Shown piece after piece: positions 25,826 to 38,944 of a stretch of DNA of 64,000 bases. Position 1 is the first letter of the stretch. Every line of letters begins with the position of its first letter. A program made the position numbers and the translations under genes. The notes beneath the pieces are model-generated. The model did not search any database, was not told the origin of the DNA, and was given only the letters and a program-made list of their open reading frames with translations. The DNA is taken from assembly GCA_024679065.1 (NCBI GenBank), contig JAGIQG010000003.1:49910001-49974000 (forward strand), given 5' to 3'. The stretch is from Sphyrna mokarran (lineage: Eukaryota).

Positions 25826-27060
25826 TTGGCACAGAAGGCCTTTCAAGATGTTGACGTAGTGGTACTGTCACTGGGCTAGTAATCCAGAGACTTGAGGTAA
25901 TGCTTTGGGGACCCAGGTTAAAATTGCACCCTTGCAGATGGGATTTGAATTCAACAAAAATCTGGAATAAATAGTCTGTTGATGACCATGACACCTTCAT
26001 TGATTTTTCTTTTATAAAAACCTACTTGATTCACTACTATCCTTTTTTAAGGAAGAAAATCTACTATCCTCATCCTACATGTGACTCCACACCCATTATA
26101 ATGTGGTTGACTCCGAAATGGCATAGCAAGCCATTCAGTAATATCAAACTGCTTCAAGGTCAATAGGAAGGAATGAAACCAATTGGACTACCTGGCATTG
26201 ACCTAGGCATCAGAAACAATGGCAAACCCAGTTCTGGCCACTCTGCAAACCTCCTTATTAATGTCAGGGGACTATTGAAAGAGCCTGACTTAGTCATAGT
26301 CACTGAATTATAATTTATAGATAATGTCCTAGACACCACCATACCTGTTTCTGGTCATGTATCACTGATTTGTGTAAATGGCACAGATGGGAAGGAGTTG
26401 CCCTGGGAGTCCTCAACATCAGCTGTGGACCTCATGATGTCTCCTGGCATCAGGTCAAGCATGGGCAAGGAAATCGCCTCCTGATTATCACCTCCAACTA
26501 CCGCAGTTGATGAATCAGTGCTCTTCCATGTTGAACACCACTTGGAGGAAGCACTGATGGTAGCAGTGTCTTGGTAGTACCACCACAGACTGAACTGACC
26601 ACGTCCTGAAGGGCATAGCTCTGGTAGGTGGTCAAGGAGCCAACAAACGGGGGAAAACATATTTGACCTCATCCTCACCAACTTGCTTGTCACAGATGCA
26701 TCTGCCCATGACAGCATCAGTAAGAATGACCACCACACAATTTCGCATGGAGGATGCCCTCAGTGTGTTGTGTGGCACTACCACTTCGTAAATGGAATTC
26801 GTTTGAAATCTATTCCATCAACTCAAGGAGCTGTGGGCCATCAGCAGCAGCAGCAGCATTGTACTTAACCACAATCTGTAGTCTCATGGTAACCCCAGCA
26901 TATATCCCTATTCTACCATTATCAGCAAGCCAGAGGATGAACCTTGGTTAAATGTAAAGTGTAGGAGGACATGCCAGGAGAAACACCAGACGTACATAAA
27001 AATGAAGTGTCAATCTGATGAGGCTACAACTCAGGACAACTTGTATATCAACCAGCATAA

Positions 27061-27311
27061 GGGGCAGCCCGATAGCACAGTGGTTAGCACTGCTGTTTCA
27101 CAGCGCCAGGAACCCAAGTTTGATTCTTGCCTTGAGTCACTGTCTTTGTGGAGTTTGCACATTCTCCCTGTGTTTGCATGGGTTTCCTCCGGATGCTTCA
27201 GTCTCCGCCCATGGTCTGAAAGATATATATTGACTCTAACAGGATCCAGGAATTTCATAGTAATTTCTTTGCAATGTTAATGTAAGCCTTATTTATGACC
27301 AATAAACTTTA
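27061..27311 (+). mobile_element. V-SINE with alternative (type B) tail, nested in LINE
   Basis: HE1-like head and V domain, then 'ggaatttcatagtaatttctttgcaatgttaatgtaagccttatttatgaccaataaac'. Confidence 0.85.
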
Positions 27312-28170
27312 AGCAGCAAGAGAAAACCAGGTTTGAGTTAAGTCATTCCACAACCAATGGATCAGCTCTAAGCTCTTCAATCCTGTCACATCTGTCCATG
27401 AATAGTCATGGACAGTTAAACAATTCTCACAGAAGAGGCTCCACAAATGTTGGAGGAACACAACAATGCAGTACAGAAGATAAGTCTGAAGCATTTACAG
27501 TAATCTTCAATGAGTGGATGACCCACCTCGGCCTCCTTTGATGCTGGGGATCTTCAGAGATGGAGGTCCCCAGTATCATAGTTGCCAGACTTCAGCCAAT
27601 TTGATTCACTCCAGATGATATCAAGAAACTCTGAAGCCATTAGATACTACAAAAGCAATGGGCCCTGCCAATATTCCAGCAATATTACTCCAGAACTTGC
27701 TGCACCCTTAGCCTGTTCTGGTACAACTACAACATAGCATCTACCCAGCAACGTGAAAAATTTGCCCAGTTATGTCTGGCACACAAAGCAGAACAAATCC
27801 AACCCAGTCAATTATTGCCCCACCAGCCTACTCTGGGTCATGAGGTGTCATAAACAGGGCCATCGAATAAATGGCACTTGTTTAGCAATAACTTGGTCAT
27901 TGAAGCTCAGTTTGCATTCTGCCAGGTTGATCGTATTATAACCTTGGTTCAAACACGAACCAAATAACTGAGTAGCAGAGGTGAGAGTGACTGCCCTTAA
28001 CATCAAGGAGTATTTGACCAAGAATGGCATGAAGGAGCACTTGCAAAACTGGAGTCAGTGGGAATTGAAAAATCCATTTCCAAAAGCAGAAATATCTGGA
28101 CAATATCCAGACTTGTGCTGACAAATGGTAAGTAATATTTGTGCCACACAAGTGCCAAGCAGTGACCATT

Positions 28171-28438
28171 TACAGTGATTAGCACTGCTGCTTCACAATT
28201 CCAGGGACCTGGGTTCGATTCTTGGCTTGGGTCACTGTCTGTCTGGGTTTCCTCCGGGTGCTTTGGTCCCCTCCCGCAGTCCAAAATTGTGCGGGTTAGG
28301 TCGACTGGCCTTGGTGTCCTGAGATGCCTAGCCATTAGGGTAAATAAGTAGGGACATGGGGGTAGGGCTTGGGGTGGAATTGTGGTCGGTGCAAACTTGA
28401 TGGTCCAATGGCCTTTTTCTGCACTGTAGGGATTCTAA
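28171..28438 (+). mobile_element. HE1-type V-SINE with CR1-type tail
   Basis: 'ttagcactgctgcttcaca...gggttcgattcttggcttgggtcactgtc...ggtgcaaacttgatggtccaatggcct...ctgtagggattct'. Confidence 0.85.
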
Positions 28439-29669
28439 CTTGTGGCCTAGCCAGTGACACCCATGTCCTGTAAATGAATTTTAAAATCCCATTGAACCCA
28501 TGCTGCCTCTTCAAACAGTTATTTGATTGATCTTATTTCCTCACTGTATCCCTGTAGTTCTGCAGGATTAATGCTGTCAAATGCCTGTCCAATTTTTTCA
28601 AATCATTGATTATTTCCATCTTAACCACCCTCCATAGATGGCAAGTTCCCTCATAACCATCCACTGCATAATGTTAACTCTGTCCCCACCCCGCCTAATC
28701 CCAGCCCATTTGTCAAGGAAGCAACTCTTCTTTGTCTACTTTATCTAAAATTGCCATAATCTTGCATACTTCCATCAAATCTTCCCTCACCCCTTTGCTG
28801 CAAGAGGAACAGCTTTAATTTAACCATGTAGATAAACGTCAGATTAGCTTTTGTGCTGAAGTCTCTAGAGTGGGCCTTGAACAGAACACTACCATAGCTG
28901 ACACACACAAATCAGTAAACAAATTTTTTTTTACTGTTGTCTATCAAGGGACTGTATTAATTGTACTAACAGCAGACATACTGGTGCCATTGATTTTCCA
29001 AATACACAGGGTATTTTGGATTTTAGTCATTGTAGCTGAAATGCGCCAATGGATTATGACTCGAATCTTTTCTAACCAAGTTGTATTTTGTATTCAGAGC
29101 CTCTGAATATGCAGCATATGCTAGAGCCTAATGGGTTCTAGAAATGTGCCCACCACTTCTGTTGTTGATGGCAGGCAGCAGAAAGCACATCCTGCTCACA
29201 ATACTACATGTGCCTTGGCACAAGTGAGCTGATGCAGAAGGCAATGTGAGTTAAGGTCAGTGCATTTGTGCACTTTTATTTTATGCAAGGCACGTTGCTG
29301 GTGATGTGGGGAAGTGCCTGGACCAGAAGTCTCTGCCTCCAGCAGTTGAAGAGAATGATTTTTGTACAATTCAGCCTTCTCTTCATCATCTGTTGTAAAT
29401 GGTGATGTGGCTAAAGCACAGCTGAGGCAGTCTAGCTGTACAATCGAGCAGCTAATTAATTTAAATGTAAGTGTCTCCACAGCCTGATGCACAGTCTGCA
29501 GACTGCATCCAAGACATTATTGGCTTAAGGCCTACCCTACTGAAAATGTAGATTTGAAAATTATAAATATGAAGCTACCAAATGCAAAACTAGACCATGC
29601 AACCAAACATGAACAATAACAGCTTGCATTTATGTTGCACTGTTAACATATGAAAACATTCCAAGGCAT

Positions 29670-31474
29670 GAAAAAGGATTTGTGAACACGATTAAGGAGA
29701 ATCCAAAGTTGTTTTATAAATACATTAAAGGAAAGAGGCTATCCAGGTAAAGAGCATAGCCTGTTAAAGACTAAGGGGATAATCTGTGTGAAGCCTCAGG
29801 ACATTGGAAGAGTGTTAAGTGCATACCACTCATCCGTCCTCATTCAAGAAAAGGAGAATGAAGGTATAGAATTTAGGAAAATAAGGAAATTGCACAGTTT
29901 GATATAGGAAGTGAGAAGTTATTGGAGACTCTATGGGCTTAAAAATGGACAAATTTCTAGGTCTGGATGAATTGCAACCTGGACTGCTGTGGTAGATGAG
30001 GCAGAAAATTGCAGGGGCTCTGACATTTTTAATCCCTCTGTGGGCATGAGAGAAATGCCAGAGGTTTGGAGGATGGTTAATGTAGTTCCACTGTAAAAGA
30101 AGCATGGTAGACATGAGCCAGGAAGCTATAAACCAGTCAGTTTCATGTTAGTGACAGGGAAGCTGCTAGAGAAATTTCCATAGAAGAGAATTAATCCCCA
30201 CTTGGAAAGCGTGGGTTAATTAAAGATAGTTAGTATGGCTTTTTCGGAGGGAGACCTTGCATAACAAATTTGATCAAGTGTGTGGATGACAGAAGTGTAG
30301 TTAATGTAGTTTATTTGGACTTTAGCAAAGCCTTTGACATGGTCCCACATGGGAGACTAGTTAAGAAGATTGAAGCACATGGAATTCAGGGAAACTTGGT
30401 GAGATGGATTTAAAACTGATCTAGGAATAGGACACAAACTGTGATGTTAGAAGGCTGTTTTAGTGACTTGAGGCTGGTATTCAATGGCATACCATAAGGT
30501 TTATTGCTGGGACCCTTACTGTTTACATATCTAAATCATATAAATGAGAATGTGGGGGGGAGCATGATAAATAAACTGCAGATCAAGATTGGAAGAGTGG
30601 TTTTTCATGAAAAAGAAGATTGTAGGTTACAGGATGAGTTGGTCAGATGTGCAGAGCAGTGGCAGATGGTATTTAACCCTGATAAGTACAAAGAAGATGC
30701 ACTTTTGGAAATGTAATGAAACAAGGACGTATTTAATGAATGGCAGGATATTTGGAAGTTCAGAGGAACAACAGATTTTGGAGTGCTTATTTGGAGATCC
30801 CTGAAGACAGCAGAGCAGGTGAATAGAATAGTTAAGAAGCGTATTGGACACTGTACCATGACTGATGAAAGCCAGAATAGAAAAACAAGGAGCTGTTCAG
30901 AAAATTGGATAGGCCACAGCTGAAGAAATGTGTGCAGTTCTGGTCACCTCATTATAGATATAAAGGATATAATTGCACTTGAGGAGGTAGAGGAAATTCA
31001 GCAGAATGTTGCCTGGGATGGAGCATTTGAGCTAAAAGGAGAGATTAGATAAGTTTGGAATGTTTCCTTTAGAGCAGAGAAGAATGAGCGTAGGCATGAT
31101 TAGCGTATATAAAATGGAGATATATGGACAGGGTGAATAGAAAGCTGCTGTTCCCCATAGTTGAGAGCTTAATCACGAAGGGGCATAGTTTGGGGTAAGA
31201 AGCAGGAGACTTGGAGGGAATTTGATAACTTATTTTTCCCTCAGGTTAGTAGGAATCTGGGTTGCACTGTCTGGGAAGGTGGTGAAGGCTGGACATCTTA
31301 CAACATTTAGAAAATATTTGAATGAGCACTTGAAACATCATAACATTCAAAGATATGGGACAAGTGCTGGAAAATGGGATTAGTGCGACATTAGTGGTAG
31401 TTATTTTTGGTGCAGACTTGATGGGCCTAGGGGCCTATTTTGTACTGTATGACTCTCATTCTCTGACTATGACT
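29670..31474 (+). mobile_element. 5'-truncated CR1 LINE (RT domain to tail) with 7-bp target-site duplication AAGGCAT
   Basis: Motifs IKENPKLFYKYIKGKR, VVYLDFSKAFDMVPHGRL and LGPLLF. Tail 'ctgtatgactct...gactatgact'. AAGGCAT at 29663-29669 and 31475-31481. Many stops and frameshifts. Confidence 0.9.
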
Positions 31475-31529
31475 AAGGCATTATACAAAAGTATGATCAG
31501 ACACAAATTGATGCAGAGCCAAAACTAAA

Positions 31530-31760
31530 AATGTAAGAAATTGAAACAGGATTTGACCACATGATCCAGCGAGCCTGCTCCACAAATCAATACGATCCTG
31601 ACTCATCTTAGGTTTTAGCTCCATTTTCCCACCCACTTCTTGAGACCAAATCTATCCTACCCTTAAATGTGTTCAACAGTAGAGCATCCATAACCCTCTG
31701 GGATAGAGCATTCCAAAGATCACAATCCTCCGAGTGAAGTCATTTCTCCATATCTCACGT
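31530..31760 (-). mobile_element. CR1 LINE 3' tail fragment
   Basis: 'aagaaattgaaacagga...gagcctgctccaca...ccctctgggatagagcattccaaagat' matches the other CR1 tails. Confidence 0.65.
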
Positions 31761-31817
31761 TAAGGCAACTAAAAAGTGATGGGTATTCGGGACCAGATCA
31801 AAAAAATCTCCAAGATA

Positions 31818-32574
31818 TGTTGTGACCACAACTTCTTTAAATTTTGGCTTTAGTATGAGACTAAGGTGTTTTACTCCAGGTGTGATTCTGTTGACACGTT
31901 AGAAAGCTTTTATTAAAACAAACTTTATTTCACAACACCATTAAAATATAACAAAGAATAACTTGTATCAATTGACATACACAAACAGGACATAGCTTGC
32001 TGTTAAGAATCATACCATCTCTGTATTTCCAATGTAAGCAATATCTCCACAAACATAAATCCCTCTCCATAATAAGTTAGCAAGAAAAGGCTTATGTGGA
32101 TGCCAGATTGCCAGTCTTTTAACCTCTCTGGACAGATATAGGACACTTGTCTGCTATCACCCATATAGCAGCCCTCAAAGGAGGAAATGTATTTCCTGGG
32201 AGGTCACAGTCTCCAAATCCAGAAAGCGAAACAGAGGCACAGAAAGGTACCTCTCTCTCAAAATCATAAGTAGCAATTGACTTGATTTATCCGTGTCAAC
32301 CTAACCCTGCCCAGTCACATGATTTCTCCTGTCAATCAATCTAATCAAGTCCTACACTGAAAAACCCCAGGGAAAAACGCTAAAATAACGGAACTTCATT
32401 AGTCCAGATTAAAACACAAATTCCAGCAATTACAACTAATTATACTTCTACAGTATCAACAGGGGCTGTTGGTTACGGACGAAGCAGCACTGACAAATAG
32501 AACTGACTGCTAAAAATAATCCTGCACCAGAAACTTGGGACAGATGCATTTCTTAAAGGCACGCGTGAGTCTCA
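31818..32574 (-). mobile_element. Possible solo LTR
   Basis: About 750 bp TG...CA segment interrupting an old L2, with minus-strand AATAAA signals ('tttatt' near 31910 and 31924). No clear TSD. Confidence 0.4.
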
Positions 32575-33296
32575 AAGGAGGAGAGGGAGTTGGAAAGAAT
32601 TCCAAAACTTGCCCTGTCAGTGGTGAGAAGGGAGCAGAAATGCAGACGAATGAGTACCATGAAGGGATATGAATTTGAAGGATGAGTATTTTTAAAATTT
32701 AGGGTATGAATGGACTTGGGCCAGTATAAATTGGTGAGCATCAGCATTATAGGTGAGTGAGGCTTGATGCAGCTTAGAATATGGGTGGCAAAGTTTAGAT
32801 TGAAGTAGAAAAACTACAATTTTTAAATATCATCTCACCTTCATACAGATTTCCCATGTTTGAGGCATTGTGTAAAATGCACTACGTATCTCTTGAATCC
32901 TTGGAATCTTCTTGATGAAAATTAACATTGCTCATTCTATATTTTTGTCTCCAATGACTATTTGAAATTTAAAACATACTACCACAACAGTAAGCATAGC
33001 TTTTCCTTTCTCCTTTGATCCCACAGCTATTGATCTCAGGGCTATTGCTGCATTCTCCAGCTGCCTATCTGGCATTTGACCTGAAATTGCTAAAATTTTC
33101 CTTCAGTTTAATTCTAACAAATTTATTCTGTTCAGCACTCGCCAGCAGCTAAGTGCCTCCAGGTTTGATTTCACCTGGCAGCAATCTAATACTGCCATAA
33201 GGTGCAGATGCTTGGCAAACTGGCTCAAGGCAGAATTTATTTCCATTACTAAAAGCATTTTTCCACCTCTTAATGTCAGCAGTACATTTTCTTTAT

Positions 33297-34018
33297 GCTT
33301 TAATGGGATGTGATCATCACTGGCAAGGGCAACATTTGTTGCCCATTTCTAATTGCCCTCGAGAGGTTGGTGATGAGCCATGTTCTTGAACATTTGCCGT
33401 CATTCTGCTGTAGATATACCCATTGTGTTGTTAGGAAGGAAGCTCCAGACCTCTGACCGAATGACATGGATGGAATATTGATATATTTCCAGGTCAATTT
33501 GTGGCTTGAAAAGAAATTTGCAGGTGGTGGTATTTGGTGAATTCTGCTGTGCATCTTGTTGATGGTACACATCACTGCCGTTGTGTGTTAGTGGTGGAAG
33601 GAATCCCAATCCAATGGTCTTCTTTGCCCTGAATGGCATTGAGTGTCTTGAGTATTGTTGGAGTGGCATTCATCCATGCAAGTAGATTCCATTTATTTTC
33701 TGGCTTATGTCTTCCAAATGGTGGATAGCCTTTTAGGGAACCAGGAGGTGAGCTAGGTAGAAGGTGGGAGATTCACCATTAGTAATTTCATTGAATGTCA
33801 TGGAAACTGGTTAGATTGACGATTGATGGCCATTCCTTGGCACTTGTGTGACTTGAATGTTGGTTGTCACTTATCAGGCCAAGCCTAAGTATTGTCCAAA
33901 CCTCGCTGTATGTGGACGCAAACTACTTTAGCATCTGAAGTCATTCTTGGTATTCTGAAATCATCATCAGTGGTCATCCCCACCTCTATCCTTATGATGG
34001 ATTGAACATCATTGATGG
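33297..34018 (-). mobile_element. L2/CR1-group LINE 3' part (same family as 25845-28486), resumes near 36625-36690
   Basis: Tail 'gggatgtgatcatcactggcaagggcaacatttgttgcccatttctaattgccct'. Continuation 'gcagctgaagatgtttaggcccaggacactaccctgaggaactcctgc' reads GVPQGSVLGLNIFSC on the minus strand. Confidence 0.8.
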
Positions 34019-36610
34019 AGTAGAAGAAGGCCATTTGGCTATTGAGTCTGCTGTGCCATTCAAAGAGATCATGACTCATTTTGTATAAGATCCTCAGCTC
34101 TGCTTTCCCATCTTATTCCCTTGCTAGTTAAAAATTTGTCTATCTCAGCCTCAAACATACGTTACACCCTTGCCTCTATAGCTCTCTGCAATAAGGAATT
34201 CCACAGATTAACTATCCTCAAAGAGAAAAATTCCTCCTCAGCTTTGCCTTATCTGGGTGAGCCCTTACTCTGAGATTATGCCCTCTGGTCCTAGAAGGAG
34301 AAACAACCTCAACTTCTGTTCTGCCAAGCACCCTGAGAATTCTGTCTCAGTAAGATCCTCATCTAAACTCTGACTATAGGTCCAACCTACTCAATCTTTC
34401 ATCATCCCCTCGTAGCAGGGATCAATCTAGTGAACATTATCTGGACTGCCTCCAATGCCAATGTTCCCTTATATAAGGGGGCCAGAATTGTTCACAGTAT
34501 TCCAGGTGTGATCCACGTAGTGCTTTGTACCATTTTACAAGACTTTCCTATTTTTACACTCCATTCCTTTGAAGTAAATGCCAATATTCCATTTGCCTTC
34601 CCAGTTTGTTGTTGGACTTGCATGCTAGCTTTTTGTGATTTAGGCATGAGGACTCCCAAATCCCACTCGCCTTCAGCTTTCTGTGGATCTTCTCCATTTA
34701 AATAAAATTCAGCTCCTTTTTATTTTTCTTATGAAAGTGCATAAGTTTCCACCCCCTTAATTAATCATTGTGGGGACCCTGCAGATGTCTGACCTTGGGT
34801 GGGATTTTCCAGGTTTGGAGCGAGCGTGACTGGAAAAAAACCCACCCCTTGAATCGTCCTCATGTTTCCTTTCCCATTTATTTTGTATAATTTGCAAACT
34901 TGACAATTGTACATTTAGTTTCCTTGTCAAAGTCATTAATATATATTGTAAATAATTATGGCCCTGACTGTAGCATTCCACTTGTTACAGATTGTCATTT
35001 TAAAAATGTTCCTCTTATCTCAACTTTCTACCTTCTATTAATTAGTCACTCCTCTATCTATGCTTTATACTATCCCCAAACCGTAAGCTTTTACCTTATT
35101 AAGTAGCCTTTTGTGTGATACCTTATTAAACAATTTTTGGAAATTCTAGTGGGTTATATCTGTTGGCTCCCCTTTATCAATCCTGCTCATAACCATGTCA
35201 CAGAATTCTAGTAAATTTGTCAGGTATGATTTTCCCTTCATGAAGCCATGCTGACTCTGCTTGATTATGTTATACATTTCTAAATGTTATGCTATTATAT
35301 CCTTTATAACAGATTCTAATGTTTTCCCAATGGCAGAAGTTAAGCTAACCTACCTAAAGTTACATATCTTTTTGTCTCCTTCCCTTTTTGAATAAGGACA
35401 TTACATTGGCAGTTTTGCAATCCTCTGTGACTTTTTCAGAATTTAAAGATTTTTGAAAGATTATTACCAGTGCATCCACTATTTCTGCAGTTAATATGCT
35501 AGGATGCAACCCATCAAATACGGGGACCTTCAGCACCATTAGTTTTCCTAGCACTTTTTCTCTAGTGATAGTTGTTGTATTATTTCCCCCAACCCTTGCC
35601 CCTTTAATACTTGTAGAATATTATTAGCACCTTCTGTAATGAAGACTGTCAAAGTATTTATTTAACTCATCTGCCATTTCCTGGTTCCCCATTATTATTT
35701 CCTCAGGATCATTGTGTAAGGGACTCAAGTTCACTTTGACCTTTCTCTGTCTTTTTATATATTTATTAAATAAGCTCTTCCTGTCCATTTTTATATTACT
35801 TGTTAATTTACCCTCATAGTTTATCTTCTTCCTCTTTTTCATATTTGGTCATCTTTGCTTGGTTTTTAAAAGTTGCCCAATCCACTGGCTTACCACTAAC
35901 TTCTGTCACATTATTATTTTTCTGTTTCTGTTTAATGCTATTCTTAACTGTGTTAACCACAGTTAATTTATCGTGTACTTTAAACCTTTTTTTACTGGGA
36001 TTTATCTTTGTTGTGAATCATGATTATTTTCATAAAAGTCAGTCATTGTTGATCGACTATCTTTTCTGCTCAACTCCTTTTATAGTTCTGTCTAGCCATA
36101 TCTGCACTCGTTCTTTGTAATTACCCTTAAGTTGAGCACAATTGTTTTTGACCCAGGTTTCTCGCTCTCAAACTGAATGTTAAATTCTGCCATATCATGG
36201 TCATTGTTTACTAGTGGATCTTGCTTATTAAACCTGCTTCGTTTCATATTTACCGGATCCAAAATAGCCTGACCTCAGTGTGGATCCATAACACACTATT
36301 TTAGGAATCTGTTCCAAATACTTTTTTTCATGGCTACCTCTATCACTTGCTTTTCCCAATCCACATGAAGATTAATGTCACCCATGATTAATGTACTGCC
36401 TTTTTACATGCCCTCATGATCCACTTATTTTGTGAGAGAGCTTAAGATTACACCCATCAGTGTCATCCTTCCCTTGTTATTTCTGAGCTCCATGTGGATT
36501 CTACATTTTCCAATCCTAAATTATTTCTTGCTATCTTATTCCATCTCTCATTAGCAAAGTTATCCCACCACCTTATCCTCCCTACCTGGCCTTATGAAAA
36601 GTCACGCAAG
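34019..36610 (-). mobile_element. CR1 LINE, about 2.6 kb, decayed, inserted in the LINE above
   Basis: Minus ORFs give DGLHPSIL...EIVDALVIIFQKSLNSEKVTEDCKTANVMSLFKKG and NYEGKLTSNIKMDRKSL...EMADELNKYF, typical of CR1 ORF2. Confidence 0.9.
34745..34847. mobile_element. Small MITE (inverted relative of 44941-45061) inside CR1
   Basis: 34785-34847 resembles the reverse complement of 44941-45003. Confidence 0.55.
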
Positions 36611-38944
36611 CCATTGGTCAAATTCATGCAGCTGAAGATGTTTAGGCCCAGGACACTACCCTGAGGAACTCCTGCGGCAATGTCCTCCTTTTGCTATCAA
36701 AATCTTAATCGATGCCATCAGAGTTAGAAGTTCCCATGAGCACAATATATTAGAGCATATGTGCATAGTACTAGAGAAATGCCTTATGTGGAACAGAACA
36801 GGTCATCTGATAGACATGTTCATGTTCATTTTGAGAGTTTCTAATGAAGTCAATTGGGAAGAACTATTTCTGTTGGCATGTAGTGGATATTAGAAAGATG
36901 GTTAGAGATTTTGGGATTTTTAGGCAAATGGTTGTTATGACGTGGAATGCCTTTCCAGGGACAATGGTGAAAGCAGAATTATTGATTGCTTTTGAAAATA
37001 AAAGTGAATAGATTTGTGGGGGAGAACTAGAACTGTATGAGGAAAGGACAGGAGGATTGGAACAAGTGTATATCAATTTTCAAGAGCTGAAATTGGCATG
37101 GGAATCATAAAATTGTACAAAGCAAAATTGGATGAAGAAAAAGCCATTCACTTAGCTGTTACAATCTGTACCATGTACTCCTGTAATATCCTTTTTTAAT
37201 CGCCGGATGGAAACATCTGCAGAATAATTCTGATCTCTAGAGGTGAAATTAACAGGGGAAGGGTATTCATCCAATCTCATATCTCCATGTAAATTCAAGG
37301 CTTTGCAATGGTACCCTCCTTCTCCGCTTTTCCTGTAACACAATCACTAGAAGACTCTGTGGAATACATGATCATTTCAGTCATCACAACTGTCGAGCCT
37401 CATGTCAACCTGATGTTTTATGAATTGTAGAAACAAATATATCATCCTCAGTCTCGTTCTTTTGTTAAATATCTGCTTTGAATATTGACTCATGTCAGAA
37501 AATAATTGCTTCTAAACTGTAGTTGGTTAATTGCACTGAAATTTGAGTGTTTTTGTTTAATTGCTTTCAGATAGTATTTTCCTCATGAATATTTAGGGAT
37601 TGGGATTTCATCCTGGATCTTCATTCTTACAATTTTTATGGAAATAAGCTGTAAAGGTTGTATACTTTTAAATGCATTTTTCATCGTTTGATATAGCATT
37701 TCTCTTGCAATTCAGTAGGTACCACTTTCAGAATCTATTGTTAATCCAATTGATTGGCCAATTATGAAGTCTAGAAAATTTATTTTAGTTTCCAGTTGTG
37801 TTCTCTCTTCTTCAAAATATGTTACAACATAATTCAATGAGCTTTCCAAAATAGACTTAACTCCCAAGGAGGAATAGCAAACTGGTCAAGTCATGAATGC
37901 TGAAACCAGAATCTGTCCCACTTTCCAACTTTCTAAAGTATTTGACAATATATCCTGTGAAAACATTGAGTTGGAAATCTGTCTGGGCCATAGACTTGCC
38001 TGTTATTTGCAATCACTTGATGTTTGCTGTGCTAGAGCAACAAGTGTCATAATTCAGATTGTGCCCAAAGTTTGCAGTATCCTCATGTAGCACAGTCCTC
38101 CTGTCTTTCAGAAATTTGTTAACAGCTTGGCTATGAATTGAAGTGTGCAATTGAGATGGCTGGCTTTTCAATGAGGGTGATTCTGTGGTTTTGCTGAATC
38201 AAAAGCATTCTGGCTTATCAACAGCTAGCACTAAAGATTCCTTTTTGCTTTCTGTTCCGCATTCCAACTATGCAGACCTTTAGTTTGAAACTCTATAAAT
38301 CCATGTCCGATTCTCTTAGCATCCCATCACCTATATTTTTATCATTACTTAAATCAAACTTGATCTGCATGGATTGGGTTGATACCCTTGTGATAAATGA
38401 AAAGCACTGTCTATCATGCAAAACAAATGAGATTCTCTTATCAGAAAATGCATTTAACTGCAGTTAATGAAGGATTGCCAATTGGAAAAAATGAACAAAA
38501 ATATTTCCTGAAGGTTGTCTGATATTTTTGGGCAGCTTTCTTGAAGATTAATTTGCAGCAAAATGTAATTCTGTATTAAGGCATGTGGAATTTTGGTCAT
38601 TTATGACTACCACCCAAATACTCAGCAGCTATTGAAGGAAACATTCATACCATATTTCAGCATGTAGAAAGCAAATTTACTGCAGTTCCTCGTTAAATAA
38701 TAGCATCAAGTTATGAATTTTGGATGTACACATTGACATTTTCAAATACAGAATTTAAAATTTGATACTAAAGATTGTTCTTGGCACACACATTTAAAAT
38801 GCTGCCATTTGGAAAAAGGGTGTGACAGGAAAATATCAACTATAAAAAAAATTTAAGGCTGTATATTAATTAAGACACTTAAAGTCTTTTTCATATTGTA
38901 ACCTAGGTTTTAGGGTAAAATTAATTATACTTTGGAAACTGTAA

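Larger units (their letters stand above)
25845..28486 (+). mobile_element. L2/CR1-group LINE with a tRNA-like head, decayed APE endonuclease and RT, internally deleted, carrying two nested SINEs
   Basis: A-box-like 'tgacgtagtgg' (25852) and B-box-like 'ggttaaaattg' (25916). APE motifs EPDLVIVTE (26281) and NIFDLILTN...NDHHTI (about 26655-26740). RT-region motifs KAMGPANIP and NPVNYCPTSLL. Tail 'ggcctagccagtgacacccatgtcctgtaaatgaatt'. Confidence 0.8.

Noticed and set aside
29670-31474. Active reverse transcriptase gene
   Set aside because: The RT motifs are real, but the copy is 5'-truncated with many stops and frameshifts. The same holds for all LINE copies here.
34794-34850. 51-bp mini-MITE GGGTGGG...CCCACCC with apparent CTT target-site duplication
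   Set aside because: Similarity to 44941-45003 continues past the left 'terminus', so this is the terminal sub-hairpin of a larger MITE and the CTT match is probably chance.
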